Shown: piece by piece, positions 11,501 to 19,569 of the stretch
How the letters are laid out: each line of letters opens with the position of its first letter
Numbering within the stretch: position 1 is the first letter of the stretch
Assembly: GCA_963663545.1 (NCBI GenBank)
Contig: OY760505.1
Span: forward strand, 1,056,001-1,120,000
DNA from: Candidatus Delongbacteria bacterium
Lineage (GTDB): Bacteria > CAIWAD01
Direction of reading: 5' to 3'
DNA: 64,000 nucleotides
Position numbers and translations under genes: made by a program
The notes under the pieces: generated by a model
The model's database searches: none
What the model was told of the DNA's origin: nothing
What the model saw: only the letters and a program-made list of their open reading frames with translations

Positions 11501-11894
11501 CGAAGTGCTGGAGATTTCCGGTCTACCGGCACGCACCTACTACGTGGTAGCTGACTTCGCGAATCCTGGCGAGACGGCCCCCTACACCATCACCATTGAT
11601 GATGTGCTGGACGTGGATACCAATGTGGTCTACGACTTTGAGCTGATGGGTAACCATCCGAACCCCTTCAACCCGACAACAACCATCAGCTGGACCCAGC
11701 CCGACTTGGCCGAGGTTCGTCTGCAGGTATGGAATCTGCTGGGCGAAACCGTAGCCAATCTGCGCCTGGGAACGCTGCGCGCTGGCCGCCACGAATTTAT
11801 CTGGGATGCCAGCCAGCTTTCGAGCGGTATGTATATCTATCGCCTGGAAGCCGGAACGAATGCGGCCCAAAGCAAATTGATGGTCATCAAGTAA
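5577..11894 (+). CDS. Giant (~2105 aa) multidomain T9SS-cargo surface/adhesin-like protein (PPC-like, three nidogen-like units, cleaved-adhesin-like, FN3)
   Basis: Start moved to ATG 5577 (RBS AGGAGA, signal peptide MRHLLVLG); three GGPDExGYxW...FWxDLD units; ENFESGIPTNW...DEWLVT...IDDV adhesin-like domain; NHPNPFNP tail. Confidence 0.85.
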   Translation: MRHLLVLGLLLASSSAVWANADLRKELANKASQQGVSLDELLREHDLEAPADGAIGQYLQAKAEGRSIPAWLDRQMNRPGALQNRVGGNTDADAVVINLVAGGDPYEDSGSTVGLSDHTTAACTIGTSSIGCSTTISNTAPDAWYSLTVDTPLSCVANLCGSSYDTKLYIFNSELVMVAGNDDSCGAQSEISCNLPAGDYYIVVDGYNSNSGDYTLSVELVDICADYNDAVLSLSSVPGSISGSTVDAPSIFGSAAGDVGIDIVIPTTGNWDFGSCNEGTDFSTDLYLFDANPCEGGELLLSNEYWAGCTDPSGAAKITALDLAAGTYHLVVSNTGTSEGAFEINVEPTPEAPTSGGPDEYGYIWATSDDAEGPEYEWLEINGSGEIAGTQISGMSDVNCVGPIVLPFTFNFYGINYDSLWIGSNGLVGFNNTVTADGNQNMPNATSPNGLIAGFWDDLDLGDGRGAVYTYYDEGNDRFIVEYDGAPDYPGGTGAQNWFQFHLYSDRSIEIHYMDLQGDRTSCSVGMENEEGTVGLTALYNDTGFLLGNEMAIRFSQLPGDFAPPQIVHTPIVSVETEYAGGIPASVELFDDSDIQRASLYYQLNGAAHTDSTAFAHESGDTWTTTIPMLSAGTIVNYWITAWDDAPDHNYRVSESWSFEVVSYAWPPRNLVATDGELDATWISWDAPAPVAEEGDYFENFESGIPTNWTVYDVDGTNYVWQQYEPTDANGAYEGSYVAGVRYETYGSPSDEWLVTQALQASSESRLVLAARSMYTYTLASGDVVVATGNDLESLQNASVIASTEALSDGAWGQLFIDLSTYAGQEIYLAFHFTGSNGGIYIDDVRFYDLAETPARSGHIPNPGCITGISPEDLMREYGLSREAAKQRILDWERAAAHRDTRNFQQYVVYRNGIELGRTTDLFFEDTAALGSQPGVIYEYTTTAMFDSGESDESNMDQGSWTGRPTSGGPDEMGYAWYASTDPEGPSYNWVEINTTGTEVDSLTDVNAVGPFALPFSFPFYGSSYTQIYIGSNGLIGFNSAITSDTNQLLPSTTSPSNLIAGFWDDLDLGDGRGAVYYLNDSANDRLIIEYDGAPDYPGGTGAQNYFQFHLYADGSVEIHYQALNGDITSCTVGMENEDGTVGLTAVYNNDGCLLETPMAIRFAQLEGDFIAPVIVHEPLISTETETAGDILITAEITDADSDVDHAELYYSTGGGFTEVSMTNTTGNTYTGSIPHQALNTTVSYYLQATDDSDRQNVRITDTYDFLVMSCEWAPQNVQASDGDLGTVTVSWDTPWGEMFFGSDFQLSGEELMQRYGYSKEEAIVAYERMHSPYLDQANRNFIMYHVLRDGSEIATTSELSYVDDSTMGGVTYTYTVSAEYDACTSDPSDGDTGYALETGGPDEFGYTWRDSSDPLGPTYGWIEINSLGTAVELTDDDVTDGVFIGFPFPFYGTEYDSIFIGSNGVLGFATEGITSWTAMQSLPDTDTPNNLIAPFWVDLDPSYGVGQILYYYDEGNNRFIVEYDGVPDYDSNDEGLQNWFQTILYPNGNILVNYQSLLGEVSEVYVGIENADGTIGLMYSEEGTITPLESEVSLMFYGPINCDPVVCSGDDETEPNDGWDGDAYTANSIENGDTICGTLQMDGDTANPDYFLYHHFGGQLAIQTDVSDFDAVLRVLESEQDGAVLYEVDNWERCGNESLAIPGLDNGDYFIVVDHNNDADPIVGNQTYSLTVIASGDPCAGHEPISCDGTPEVEPNEGWNSDPVSYNEIGNDVTVCGTIDRVDGEEDSDWYHFTVTSMVDVTLSAAIDEFDAVLFLTDFDPDGSVLAQEDFGPSCYPETLEYIGLPAGEYYAVISCVDDVDFSAENYSLNLHFSDTVVGEPCGDLVVVGNLVDAYTADRSAPVLTHQDGNNCPDAGHAMGLDDVFQVTLTSATTLRITMQGEGNADEVIYLMGDCAVATSCGAIQNEFGAGGEPEVLEISGLPARTYYVVADFANPGETAPYTITIDDVLDVDTNVVYDFELMGNHPNPFNPTTTISWTQPDLAEVRLQVWNLLGETVANLRLGTLRAGRHEFIWDASQLSSGMYIYRLEAGTNAAQSKLMVIK

Positions 11895-11903
11895 TGCCTT
11901 TTC

Positions 11904-11931
11904 GAATCCCCGGCCACCTGGTCGGGGATTC
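11904..11931 (+). terminator. Hairpin after the stop, probable terminator or mRNA stabiliser
   Basis: GAATCCCCGGCCA...TGGTCGGGGATTC inverted repeat. Confidence 0.55.
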
Positions 11932-12229
11932 TCTCCACAATCTCCCCGGTTGTGGAGTTGCCTCTTCCATCTACCTTGAATGCGGGTGCCCGGCAGGCGC
12001 CCGCGTTCTATTTGGCCGAAAGCTGAAATGCCCAGCAGTTTTCGCTCGCTTTGCGCAAGGCTGCGTTTTACCTTTTTCAATCTGAAACCTCCCTTGAATC
12101 GACGTGGATTTTGACCAAATCATAGATACCGAAAACGCAGAGTCCTCTGCGCGGATGTGTGATACAAGTGCGTACACGATGCGTGTGTATGCTGTTGACG
12201 CACATCCTGGGCAACTCAGGAGAGATGTG

Positions 12230-15200
12230 ATGAAGCAGTTTCTTGTCGCTGGCCTGCTCCTGCTAAGCTGTGGCCTCGCGTGGGGTCTTAGCCCCGCTGA
12301 GCTGGCTGAGAAGTCCCGTTTGACAGGCGTCCCCCTGCAGAATTTATTGGCCGAGTTTGCTCCTCTTCCCGAGGACGCGAGCAACATGAGCCAGACGGAG
12401 TTCCTTTACCTGCAGTACAAGTTGACCCAAACGCCTCTTCCACATTGGCTGCAAACTGCGGTCAATCCTGTCGTGGAAAACGGGCAGGGAAGCCGTGTCG
12501 GCGGTGATACAGACGCTGATGCGGTGGAAATTGAGTTGGAAGTAGGCGGTGATGCCTACACCGATTCGGGCACAACCGTGGGTCTGAGTGATCATACCAC
12601 GGTGGCGTGCACCATCGACGGAAGTCCTCTCGGCTGCGTCACAGCCGCTAGCAACCAGGCACCCGACGCCTGGTATGTGATCACACTCGACACTCAGTGC
12701 ACCATGACCGCGTCCCTCTGTGGTTCCAGCTATGACACCATGCTTTTCTTTTTCGATGAAGACTACATCCAGCAGGCGGGCAACGACGACTACTGCAGCC
12801 TGCAATCCCAAGTCTCCTGCCTGATGCCAGCCGGCACTTACTATGTGGTAGTGGACGGGTATTCCACCAACTCCGGCGCATACACCCTCTCGGTTTCGCT
12901 AGCCGATGTCTGTGCGGACTACACCGACGCCCTCCTCACGCTGAACGAGATTCCCGGAAGCATCAGTGGCAATACGACAGGCGCCCCGGATGTTATCAAT
13001 AGCGCTGCGGGCGATGTGGGAATTGAGTTCACCCTGGACACTGACGGCGTCTGGGACATCAACTCCTGCCTGGAGGGCACAAGCTTCAGCGTTGACCTGT
13101 ACTTGTACGATGGCAATCCCTGCGAAGATGGGGAATTGCTGCTCTCCAATACTAATTACGCCGCGTGCTCGGAGCACTCCTATTCGGCACGCATCCGCAA
13201 TCAGGAGCTCAATGCTGGCACCTACCATCTGGTAGTCAGCAATACGGGTACGAGTGAGGGTGCGTTTACGGTTGAAGTGCAACCCGCTCCGGACGCCCCC
13301 AGCAGCGGCGGTCCAGATGAATTCGGCTACACCTGGATCAGTAGTGAAGATGCGGAAGGTCCCGAGTTTGAGTGGATCGATGTTTCAGGTACGGGCACGG
13401 TACTCAGCTTATCGGACGACGACTGCTCAGACGCGATCGATCTGGGTTTTACTTTCCCCTACTATGAAGAATCGTATTCAAGTGTTCATATCGCGTCGAA
13501 TGGCTACATCGGATTCACAACGACTGGAATGAGCTCACTAGGCTCACCGGGCATTCCAAATGAGGCGGCTCCAAACGATTTGATTGCCGGCTTCTGGGAC
13601 GACTTGAATCCTACAGGGACCAGCTCGGTGATCTACGAATCCCAGCCGGAAGAGGGGCGCTTTATCGTGCAATACAACGGTATACCTCCTTATGGCAGCA
13701 CCGGTGCCTTCTACTTCCAGATTGTCCTGTACGAAAGTGGCGACTTCTGGATCAACCTGCTGGATATGATGGAGGAAGATCTCAATCTCTGCACCCTCGG
13801 CAATGAAAACGCTGACGGCAGCATGGGCCTGGAAATCCGCTACAGTGGCGAAGGTGCGCTGCTCGCGGACAGCACGAGCTTCCAATTCATCGCCCTCGAA
13901 GGAGACTTTGCCGCACCAAGCATCATCCACACGCCACCGGAAAGCGGCGAAGCCGAAGCGGAAGGCTATTCGATTGAAGCCGAGTTGACCGACCTTTCTG
14001 GAATTCAGCGCGCAACCATCTACTACAGACTGGATGAGGTCAGCGACCCGGACAGCGTCTCAATGAGCCTGGGCTTGCGCGACGCCTGGAGCGGGAGCAT
14101 TCCGCAGCAGGAAGGTGGGAGCACCGTCTACTACTGGCTCAAGGCCTGGGACAACTCCGAACGCCACAATGCACGGCAAAGCGAGGCGTGGAGCTTCCCG
14201 ATTCTGAGCTACTATTGGCCCCCGCAGAACGTGAACGCGAGCGATGGCGGCTACAATCGTACGCTCATCACCTGGACTCCACCCGCGGAGCCTGTCGGTC
14301 CCGATGAACTACTGGAATCCTTCGAGGCTGGAATTCCGGTGGAATGGCCGATTCACAGCCTGGACGGCACCTCTTCTGTCTGGCAGCAAGTCAGTCCGAT
14401 GGACGGTGAAGGTGCGGTAAGCGGACTACGAGTCGCGGGCATCAATCAGGAAGACGGCGGCACTGCCGGCAATGAGTTCATGATGACCCAAGGGCTGATG
14501 ATGGGTGCAGACGCCCAACTCAGCTTCTACTACCGCAGCTCATACTCGTGGAGCAGTTCCAGCTTCAATCTGGTGCTTTCCACAAGCGGCAACGATGAAG
14601 CAGACGCCACCGCGGCAGTTGTGCTTGAAAGCCTCAGCGGCAGCGGAACCTGGACACAGGCAGTGGTTGACCTCTCGGCGTACTCCAACCAGACGGTGTA
14701 TCTGGGCTGGCACTTCACCGGGACGAGTGGCTATGGCTTGTACCTGGACGACGTGCACTTCACCGGGCTTGATGTTCCCGTGCAGTGCGAGGGTCATCGC
14801 CCCAGCCCGGGTGTGGTCTTCCCTGGACGACCCGAACTGCTGGCCCATCAGCAAGGCATAAGTGTTCCGCAGGCAATACGGCTTCTGCAGCAATGGCAGC
14901 GTGAGCTGGAAGCCAATCGCGTGTTCCAGACCTACGTCGTGTATCGTGACGCTATGGAGATCGGACGCACAGGCGATCTGTTCTTCGAAGACAACGCCGC
15001 TCTGGGAAGCCTGGAGGATGTCGTTTACGATTACACGGTCAGCGCCTTGTACGACATCGGAGAGAGTGAGGCCTCCGTCGCCAACGAAGGCCACTGGACC
15101 GGGCGTCCCGCTTCCGGTGGACCGGATGATTTCGGCTATTCATGGTACAGCAACAGCCATCCGGATGGCCCCGAGTTCGAGACGCTGGACATTTCTACCA

Positions 15201-18200
15201 TGGGTACACAGCTGGACATTTTCGGTCTGGACGCCTCGGATACGATCGAACTCCCCTTCGATTTCTTCTTCTACGCCCTGCCCTACAGCCAGGTGACGGT
15301 CAGCTCGAACGGCTACCTGACCTTCGGCACCTATGGACTGGTCTACAACAATACCTCGATTCCCTCCACCATAATGCCCAACGATCTGATTGCCGTGTTC
15401 TGGGATGATCTGAACATGGACAGCCAGTCCAAGGTGTACGGATACAACGATGAGGCTAACGAGCGATTCATTCTCCAATGGACGCATATGCGCACCTTTG
15501 CCCAGGAAACGGCGGATCTCACCTTCCAGGCGATCCTCTATCCGCAGGGCGAAATCGTGCTGCAGTATGTGAACATGCAAGCCAATGATTTGAGCAGTGC
15601 CACTTCGGGCGTCGAAGATGCAAGCGGCTCAATGGGGTTGCAGGTGCACTACGCGGGCGATGGTGGTCCGGTGGAGAGTGGAAGTGCTGTGCTAATGGGC
15701 GGGCTCGAGAATGACTTCATGCCGCCCTATGTTGCCATGAGCCAGCTTGAGGATGTCGAAACCGAGATCGAAGGCGATTACACGGTGAGCGCCGAGATCT
15801 TTGACAACGCTTCAGGAATCGCCGAAGCCCTGGTGTACTACAGCACAGGCGGGGCCTACACTTCGATCGCCATGACCAATACTTCGGAATCGACGTATAC
15901 CGCCGCGATCCCGCACCAGGATGCAGGCGTCAGCGTCAACTACTACATAGAAGCCACCGACGGTAGCGCGGCAGGAAACACAACGACATCACTGAGCAGC
16001 TCCTTCTATGTCATCTCCTGCGAGTGGGCACCCAACAACATTGTTGCCAGTGAAGGTGTACTGGCGCAGGTGCTGGTGACCTGGACCGAACCTTGGCTGA
16101 ACACTTTCTTTGGCGCGGATGGTGCTCGCAGCATTGAGGAACTTTGTCTTGTTCACGACTGGAGCAAGTCGGTGGCAAGCGCCTACTACGAAGCCATGCA
16201 CCGGCCACTGCAGCAGAATGATCGCTCCTTCCTGATGTATCACATTCTGAGGAACGGCGAGGAGATCGGTACGACTACCGATTTGATTTTCGCCGATACC
16301 GAGACAACCGGCCTGGTCCCGGGAACCACGTACTCCTATTCGGTCAGCGCCGAATACGAAGCCTGCACTTCAGATCCGGGAACTCCCGACAGTGGATCCG
16401 CTGCGGTCCCGGGTGGACCGGACGCCTATGGGTATACCTGGCGCAATAGCAACAACGCTGTGGGGCCCGTGTTTGAGTGGGTTGACATCAGCAGCGTCGG
16501 CACGAACCTGGGCATTGTCGGCGACGACGAGGAGGGAACGGTTACGTTATCCTTTGACTTCCCCTTCTACGGTGAGATGAAGACAAGTGCGACAGTCTCC
16601 TCCAACGGCTTCCTCAGCTTTGGTACTGAAGCCTGGCATTACAGCAATTCTGAGTTACCCGATGCGGACGAACCGAATGATGGCATCTACCCACTGTGGG
16701 ATGACTTGACAACAACGAACAGTGGCGATGTCTACTTCTACGATGATACGGACAACAATCGCGCCATCCTGCAGTGGCAGGATGTGCCTCACTTGAATGG
16801 CGATGACGGCCCCTATACCTTCCAATTGATCCTGTATCCAAACGGCAATATGCTCATACAGTACCAGTCGCTGGGCACCGGTGTCGTTGATTGCACCGTT
16901 GGCATTGAGAACGCTGACGGTTCCATGGGGCTGATGTATCACTACAACGGCGAAATTGGGTCCATGACCCATGAGCTGGCTGTGATGTTCTATGCTCCGA
17001 TCAATTGCGATCCCGTTGAATGCCAAGGCGAAAACGAGATTGAGCCCAATGATGGCTGGGAGGGAGGAGCTTATACCGCCAACGAGATCGACGCCGGTGA
17101 TACGGTCTGCGGCACGTTGTTCATGGATGGCAACAGCGCCAACCCGGACTACTACTTGTACAATCACTTCGGTGGCGGTCTGGCAATCAGCACGACGATG
17201 TCCGATTTTAACGGCGTCCTGCGTGTTCTGGAAGCTGAACAAAACGGCGCTGTGTTGTTCGAGGCCGATGAGTGGGAGCGCTGCGGAAATGAGTCGCTCG
17301 TCATCCCCGGGTTGGAGAATGGCCAGTACTTCATTGTGGTAGATCACGACAACGACGATCCGGCCATTGAAGGCAATCAAACCTATAGTATGACGCTGGT
17401 GTCAATGGGCGATCCCTGCGATGGACATGAGCCCATCACCTGCGATGGAACACCCGAAGTGGAGCCGAACGAGGGCTGGAACAGCAACCCAGCGTCCTAC
17501 AACGAAATCAGTTCAGGCGACACCTATTGCGGAACCATCGCCAGAGTCGCCGGCGACGAGCAGAGTGACTGGTATCACTTCAACCTGAGCGAAGCCCAAG
17601 ATGTGTACCTGCAAGCCGAAGTGGACGAATTCAACGCTGTTCTGTTCATCACCGATTTTGATCCCGAAGGTTCGGTATTGGCCGACATGGATTACGGCCC
17701 CTCGTGCTACCCGGAAGAGCTCGTGTACTACGGTCTGCCTGCGGGTGACTACTATGCTGTGATTTCTTGCGTGGATGATGTGGATTTCACCGAGCAGAGT
17801 TATAGCCTGCACCTGGAAGTACAGGAAAGCTCCGTTGCTGGCCCCTGCGACCATCTGGTTGATGCCGGTGCGCTTGTTGATGAGTACTCCGTCACACGTC
17901 CGGCCCCGACATGGATGCACCAAAACGGCATCGATGGTTGCCCGGGAAGTATACCGTCCTGGGGTTATGATGAAGTCCATGCTCTGACGCTGACGGGCAC
18001 CAGCAATAGTATTCAAATCACTATGCAAGGCGAAGGCAATGCGGATGAAGTGATTATGCTCATGGGCGATTGTGCAGTGCCCGCTTCTTGCGGCGCAATT
18101 CAGGACGAGTTCGGTATGGGATCAGAAGCTGAAGTGCTTCAAATCGATGGTTTGCCGCCGCGCACCTATTACATCGTTGCGGATTTTGCCAACGCGGGAG

Positions 18201-18523
18201 AAAGTGCCGCGTATACGCTTACTGTGGCGGATATGTTGGCGCTAGAGCATGGGCTGGTGTACGATTTCGAGCTGCTGGGAAATCATCCGAATCCGTTCAA
18301 CCCGACGACGAGTATTGTCTGGACCCAACCGAGTCTTGTGGACGTCAAGCTTCGTGTGTGGAATCTGCTGGGCGAGGTCGTGTATGAACGACGGTTGGGC
18401 ACGCTTCCCGCTGGAAGACATGAGTTCCGGTGGGATGCAAGCAGCCTGTCTAGTGGTCTTTATGTCTACAGGCTTCAGGCAGGCGAACAAACGGCGCAAG
18501 GGAAGTTGATGCTGCTCAAGTGA
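12230..18523 (+). CDS. Giant (~2097 aa) T9SS-cargo protein, full-length paralogue of 5577-11894
   Basis: Start moved to ATG 12230 (RBS AGGAGA, signal peptide MKQFLVAG); colinear domains with shared blocks such as CDGTPEVEPNEGWNS and ITMQGEGNADEVI; NHPNPFNP tail. Confidence 0.85.
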   Translation: MKQFLVAGLLLLSCGLAWGLSPAELAEKSRLTGVPLQNLLAEFAPLPEDASNMSQTEFLYLQYKLTQTPLPHWLQTAVNPVVENGQGSRVGGDTDADAVEIELEVGGDAYTDSGTTVGLSDHTTVACTIDGSPLGCVTAASNQAPDAWYVITLDTQCTMTASLCGSSYDTMLFFFDEDYIQQAGNDDYCSLQSQVSCLMPAGTYYVVVDGYSTNSGAYTLSVSLADVCADYTDALLTLNEIPGSISGNTTGAPDVINSAAGDVGIEFTLDTDGVWDINSCLEGTSFSVDLYLYDGNPCEDGELLLSNTNYAACSEHSYSARIRNQELNAGTYHLVVSNTGTSEGAFTVEVQPAPDAPSSGGPDEFGYTWISSEDAEGPEFEWIDVSGTGTVLSLSDDDCSDAIDLGFTFPYYEESYSSVHIASNGYIGFTTTGMSSLGSPGIPNEAAPNDLIAGFWDDLNPTGTSSVIYESQPEEGRFIVQYNGIPPYGSTGAFYFQIVLYESGDFWINLLDMMEEDLNLCTLGNENADGSMGLEIRYSGEGALLADSTSFQFIALEGDFAAPSIIHTPPESGEAEAEGYSIEAELTDLSGIQRATIYYRLDEVSDPDSVSMSLGLRDAWSGSIPQQEGGSTVYYWLKAWDNSERHNARQSEAWSFPILSYYWPPQNVNASDGGYNRTLITWTPPAEPVGPDELLESFEAGIPVEWPIHSLDGTSSVWQQVSPMDGEGAVSGLRVAGINQEDGGTAGNEFMMTQGLMMGADAQLSFYYRSSYSWSSSSFNLVLSTSGNDEADATAAVVLESLSGSGTWTQAVVDLSAYSNQTVYLGWHFTGTSGYGLYLDDVHFTGLDVPVQCEGHRPSPGVVFPGRPELLAHQQGISVPQAIRLLQQWQRELEANRVFQTYVVYRDAMEIGRTGDLFFEDNAALGSLEDVVYDYTVSALYDIGESEASVANEGHWTGRPASGGPDDFGYSWYSNSHPDGPEFETLDISTMGTQLDIFGLDASDTIELPFDFFFYALPYSQVTVSSNGYLTFGTYGLVYNNTSIPSTIMPNDLIAVFWDDLNMDSQSKVYGYNDEANERFILQWTHMRTFAQETADLTFQAILYPQGEIVLQYVNMQANDLSSATSGVEDASGSMGLQVHYAGDGGPVESGSAVLMGGLENDFMPPYVAMSQLEDVETEIEGDYTVSAEIFDNASGIAEALVYYSTGGAYTSIAMTNTSESTYTAAIPHQDAGVSVNYYIEATDGSAAGNTTTSLSSSFYVISCEWAPNNIVASEGVLAQVLVTWTEPWLNTFFGADGARSIEELCLVHDWSKSVASAYYEAMHRPLQQNDRSFLMYHILRNGEEIGTTTDLIFADTETTGLVPGTTYSYSVSAEYEACTSDPGTPDSGSAAVPGGPDAYGYTWRNSNNAVGPVFEWVDISSVGTNLGIVGDDEEGTVTLSFDFPFYGEMKTSATVSSNGFLSFGTEAWHYSNSELPDADEPNDGIYPLWDDLTTTNSGDVYFYDDTDNNRAILQWQDVPHLNGDDGPYTFQLILYPNGNMLIQYQSLGTGVVDCTVGIENADGSMGLMYHYNGEIGSMTHELAVMFYAPINCDPVECQGENEIEPNDGWEGGAYTANEIDAGDTVCGTLFMDGNSANPDYYLYNHFGGGLAISTTMSDFNGVLRVLEAEQNGAVLFEADEWERCGNESLVIPGLENGQYFIVVDHDNDDPAIEGNQTYSMTLVSMGDPCDGHEPITCDGTPEVEPNEGWNSNPASYNEISSGDTYCGTIARVAGDEQSDWYHFNLSEAQDVYLQAEVDEFNAVLFITDFDPEGSVLADMDYGPSCYPEELVYYGLPAGDYYAVISCVDDVDFTEQSYSLHLEVQESSVAGPCDHLVDAGALVDEYSVTRPAPTWMHQNGIDGCPGSIPSWGYDEVHALTLTGTSNSIQITMQGEGNADEVIMLMGDCAVPASCGAIQDEFGMGSEAEVLQIDGLPPRTYYIVADFANAGESAAYTLTVADMLALEHGLVYDFELLGNHPNPFNPTTSIVWTQPSLVDVKLRVWNLLGEVVYERRLGTLPAGRHEFRWDASSLSSGLYVYRLQAGEQTAQGKLMLLK

Positions 18524-18571
18524 CGCAAGGTTGCAGCATCGCTGCAGCATTGTTTCAGCACGCCAAGACAA

Positions 18572-18600
18572 AACGCCCTCTGTTTACCACAGAGGGCGTT
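18572..18600 (+). terminator. Hairpin between convergent genes
   Basis: AACGCCCTCTGT...ACAGAGGGCGTT perfect 12-bp stem. Confidence 0.65.
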
Positions 18601-18758
18601 GAATTTCGCTCTCTCCCCGGCCCTGCAAGATGTAGCAGTAGCCACTAATCCCAAATGCGAAGCAGGAAGCTTGCTGCTTTCACATAGCTGTGAGACAGGG
18701 CTTCTCACTCTGCTAGCAAAGGAATGTATTCTGGTCTCAGTCGTGCCCTGCTCGTCTT

Positions 18759-19403
18759 CTAAATGTCAGCGGCATTGGGCTTTCTTCTAGGCAATGGACA
18801 CAGTAGAGCATCGCCATGCGGCGGCAAAGGGCTATGGGTCTTGAACCTCCGACCGCACTCCAGATAAGCCTCCATGGCCTCGCGATACCCAGCATTCCAG
18901 CCATGGCCGCCTTCTGCGAACGAAGACCAGGTCGGATGCGGCGTCAAGATGTTAGACCCCGCTTGCCCAGAGTTCACGCGATAGCTGCTCCACGCGTACA
19001 GCTCGGGATGCGAGACGATTGCCGAGCGCCAGGGGTTGGCTTCGATGTAAAAGGAAGTGGTATACAGGTGCTGATGGCTTCGAATAACAAGTGCGTAGTA
19101 TCTGCACCGCCACAATCGACCGCGGCGGTTGTAACGGCGATTGAAATAGCGTGCGTAACCGGCCTTAACATAAGCCATGAACTTCTGCACAGCTCCATCG
19201 ACCCGCCCAGTTAGAAAGAAATGGAAGTGGTTATCCATCAACACGTAAGTATGAAGTGAGACTTTCCAACGCTCGAGCTGCCTGTACGTATGTTGCAAGA
19301 ACCAGAATCGATCTGCATCATCCAGGAAGCACTTGCCATGATCAGCATGACTGGTTACGTGTTGAGTCACGCCTTTGTAATCCTCTCGGGGTTTGTAACT
19401 CAC
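18759..19403 (-). CDS. REP-associated tyrosine transposase (RAYT, Y1_Tnp HUH family)
   Basis: Likely start GTG 19403 after RBS GAGGAGGA; YVLMDNHFH (HUH motif), YARYFNRRYNRRGRLW, YIEANP (catalytic Tyr), YAWSSY. Confidence 0.8.
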   Translation of the reverse strand: MSYKPREDYKGVTQHVTSHADHGKCFLDDADRFWFLQHTYRQLERWKVSLHTYVLMDNHFHFFLTGRVDGAVQKFMAYVKAGYARYFNRRYNRRGRLWRCRYYALVIRSHQHLYTTSFYIEANPWRSAIVSHPELYAWSSYRVNSGQAGSNILTPHPTWSSFAEGGHGWNAGYREAMEAYLECGRRFKTHSPLPPHGDALLCPLPRRKPNAADI

Positions 19404-19569
19404 TGAATCCTCCTCTTCCACTGATTCCTCAACCCAAGTGCAATCGTGCTCATGATTGATCTGGTAAGACGACTCTTCATTCGATGAATCCAACACCATG
19501 ATCGTACAGCCGCCCACGAACTGCGTGCTCCCTGCCTAATCGAGCAGGGGGGTAAATCGCGATCCGATT

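Noticed and set aside
5907..17380. Long antisense ORFs (e.g. 5907-7283, 10356-11474, 16655-17380)
   Set aside because: Shadow frames of the giant genes caused by codon bias; no protein motifs
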